Positions 24,864 through 25,495 of a stretch of DNA of 25,495 nt are shown in pieces. The notes under the pieces are model-generated. The model was given only the letters and a program-made list of their open reading frames with translations. It made no database searches and was not told the DNA's origin. Numbering within the stretch: the first letter of the stretch is position 1; every line of letters begins with the position of its first letter. This DNA comes from a virus (lineage: Duplodnaviria > Caudoviricetes), in the IMG/VR virus record IMGVR_UViG_3300031565_000325, positions 1 to 25,495 of that record. One strand, given 5' to 3'. The translations under genes were made by a program, and so were the position numbers.

Positions 24864-25495
24864 CAAAATTACGTCTTTGTCATTTCGCAAGGACTTTCAA
24901 AAACCTGAAGAAGAAAAAGACCGTTCACTCGGCTTCACGAAGTGGGGTAAAAAGAACGATTATCCGTTTTTCTTGGTTGACCTTTACAACGGTTCGGCTT
25001 ACCACCAAGGAATCATAAAGAACAAAACATTCTACATTGCTGGCGGTGGTATTGAAATCGTTTCGGGAATGGTTCAACCATTTATCGACAACAAATGGTC
25101 GGACTTCGACATGAACGAAATTGCTGAACGACTGGCGTTCGACCAAGAATTGTTCGGTGGCTTCGCAATCAAGGGAACGTGGAACAAGGAACAAACGAAG
25201 GTGGTCATGTGGGAACACATTCCGATTGACATGATTCGCGCGTCGGTTGATGAATTGACCTACTTTATTTCCGATGACTGGTTGGCGTTGAATCAATCAC
25301 CTGAAAAAACGAACCTTCGAATTTTACCAGCTTACGACAAGGACAACCGAACTGGTTCATTCATTCTATACTATAAAGAACCGCACCTGAAAGGTCGAAA
25401 AGAATTAGGCGTTTATCCTAAACCGTCTTATTATGGCGGTATCACCGCGATTCAAACGGATTGTGATATTTCCAAGTTTCATATGTACGAATTGC
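24856..25495 (+). CDS. Portal protein, 3'-truncated by the window edge
   Basis: Open frame read manually from ATG 24856: WGKKNDYPFFLVDLYNGSAYHQGIIKNK..IAGGG and YPKPSYYGG..IQTDCDISKFH; not in the ORF track. Confidence 0.8.
   Translation, partial: MNNKITSLSFRKDFQKPEEEKDRSLGFTKWGKKNDYPFFLVDLYNGSAYHQGIIKNKTFYIAGGGIEIVSGMVQPFIDNKWSDFDMNEIAERLAFDQELFGGFAIKGTWNKEQTKVVMWEHIPIDMIRASVDELTYFISDDWLALNQSPEKTNLRILPAYDKDNRTGSFILYYKEPHLKGRKELGVYPKPSYYGGITAIQTDCDISKFHMYEL

Larger units (their letters stand above)
1..25495 (+). mobile_element. Tailed phage (Caudoviricetes, siphovirus-like) genome fragment, probable Bacteroidota host
   Basis: terL, capsid, portal, tape measure, tail tube, primase-helicase and Erf; dense same-strand genes with ATGA overlaps; no host genes, integrase or att site seen. 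Confidence 0.95.

Noticed and set aside
24925-25296. 123-aa minus-strand ORF
   Set aside because: Antisense shadow of the portal gene
1-25495. Stop-codon reassignment (TAG is rare), DGR, introns/inteins, tRNAs
   Set aside because: Genes are intact under code 11 and TAG ends ORF 8132-8341; no reverse transcriptase, VR/TR pair, intein motifs or cloverleaf seen

Overview
The whole window is a fragment of a tailed dsDNA phage genome, probably siphovirus-like (tail tube and 899-aa tape measure, no sheath gene seen). The host is almost certainly in Bacteroidota/Flavobacteriia: TAnnTTTG-type -7 promoters, AT-rich starts without Shine-Dalgarno, and DUF3127 and BT4734/VirE-type primase genes. The left arm (1-10424, + strand) carries a C5 cytosine methyltransferase, a DnaA-domain-IV-like protein, an origin-like repeat region, primase-SF3 helicase, nucleases, Erf/YqaJ/SSB-like recombination genes, an HTH protein, a sigma-like protein, an LpxA-like acyltransferase and a glycosyltransferase. 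The right arm (10445-end) carries terS, terL, a frameshifting tail chaperone, tail genes, tape measure, one antisense Stealth-family gene, protease, scaffold, capsid, tail tube and a partial portal. Most notable unannotated signals: (1) a 4-copy late-promoter-like motif CGAACA-N5-ACATAnTA before morphogenesis genes, paired with a phage sigma-like protein; (2) host-type -7 boxes exactly 4 nt before ATG (leaderless transcripts), one overlapping the late motif divergently to drive the Stealth gene; (3) a uORF/pseudoknot/terminator leader before the primase; (4) CCGG kept almost only as CCSGG and GATC almost only as GGATC; (5) a three-enzyme sugar-modification set; (6) a -1 frameshift at a T9 run. 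Protein family calls come from motif recognition by eye, not database searches, and all counts are manual.
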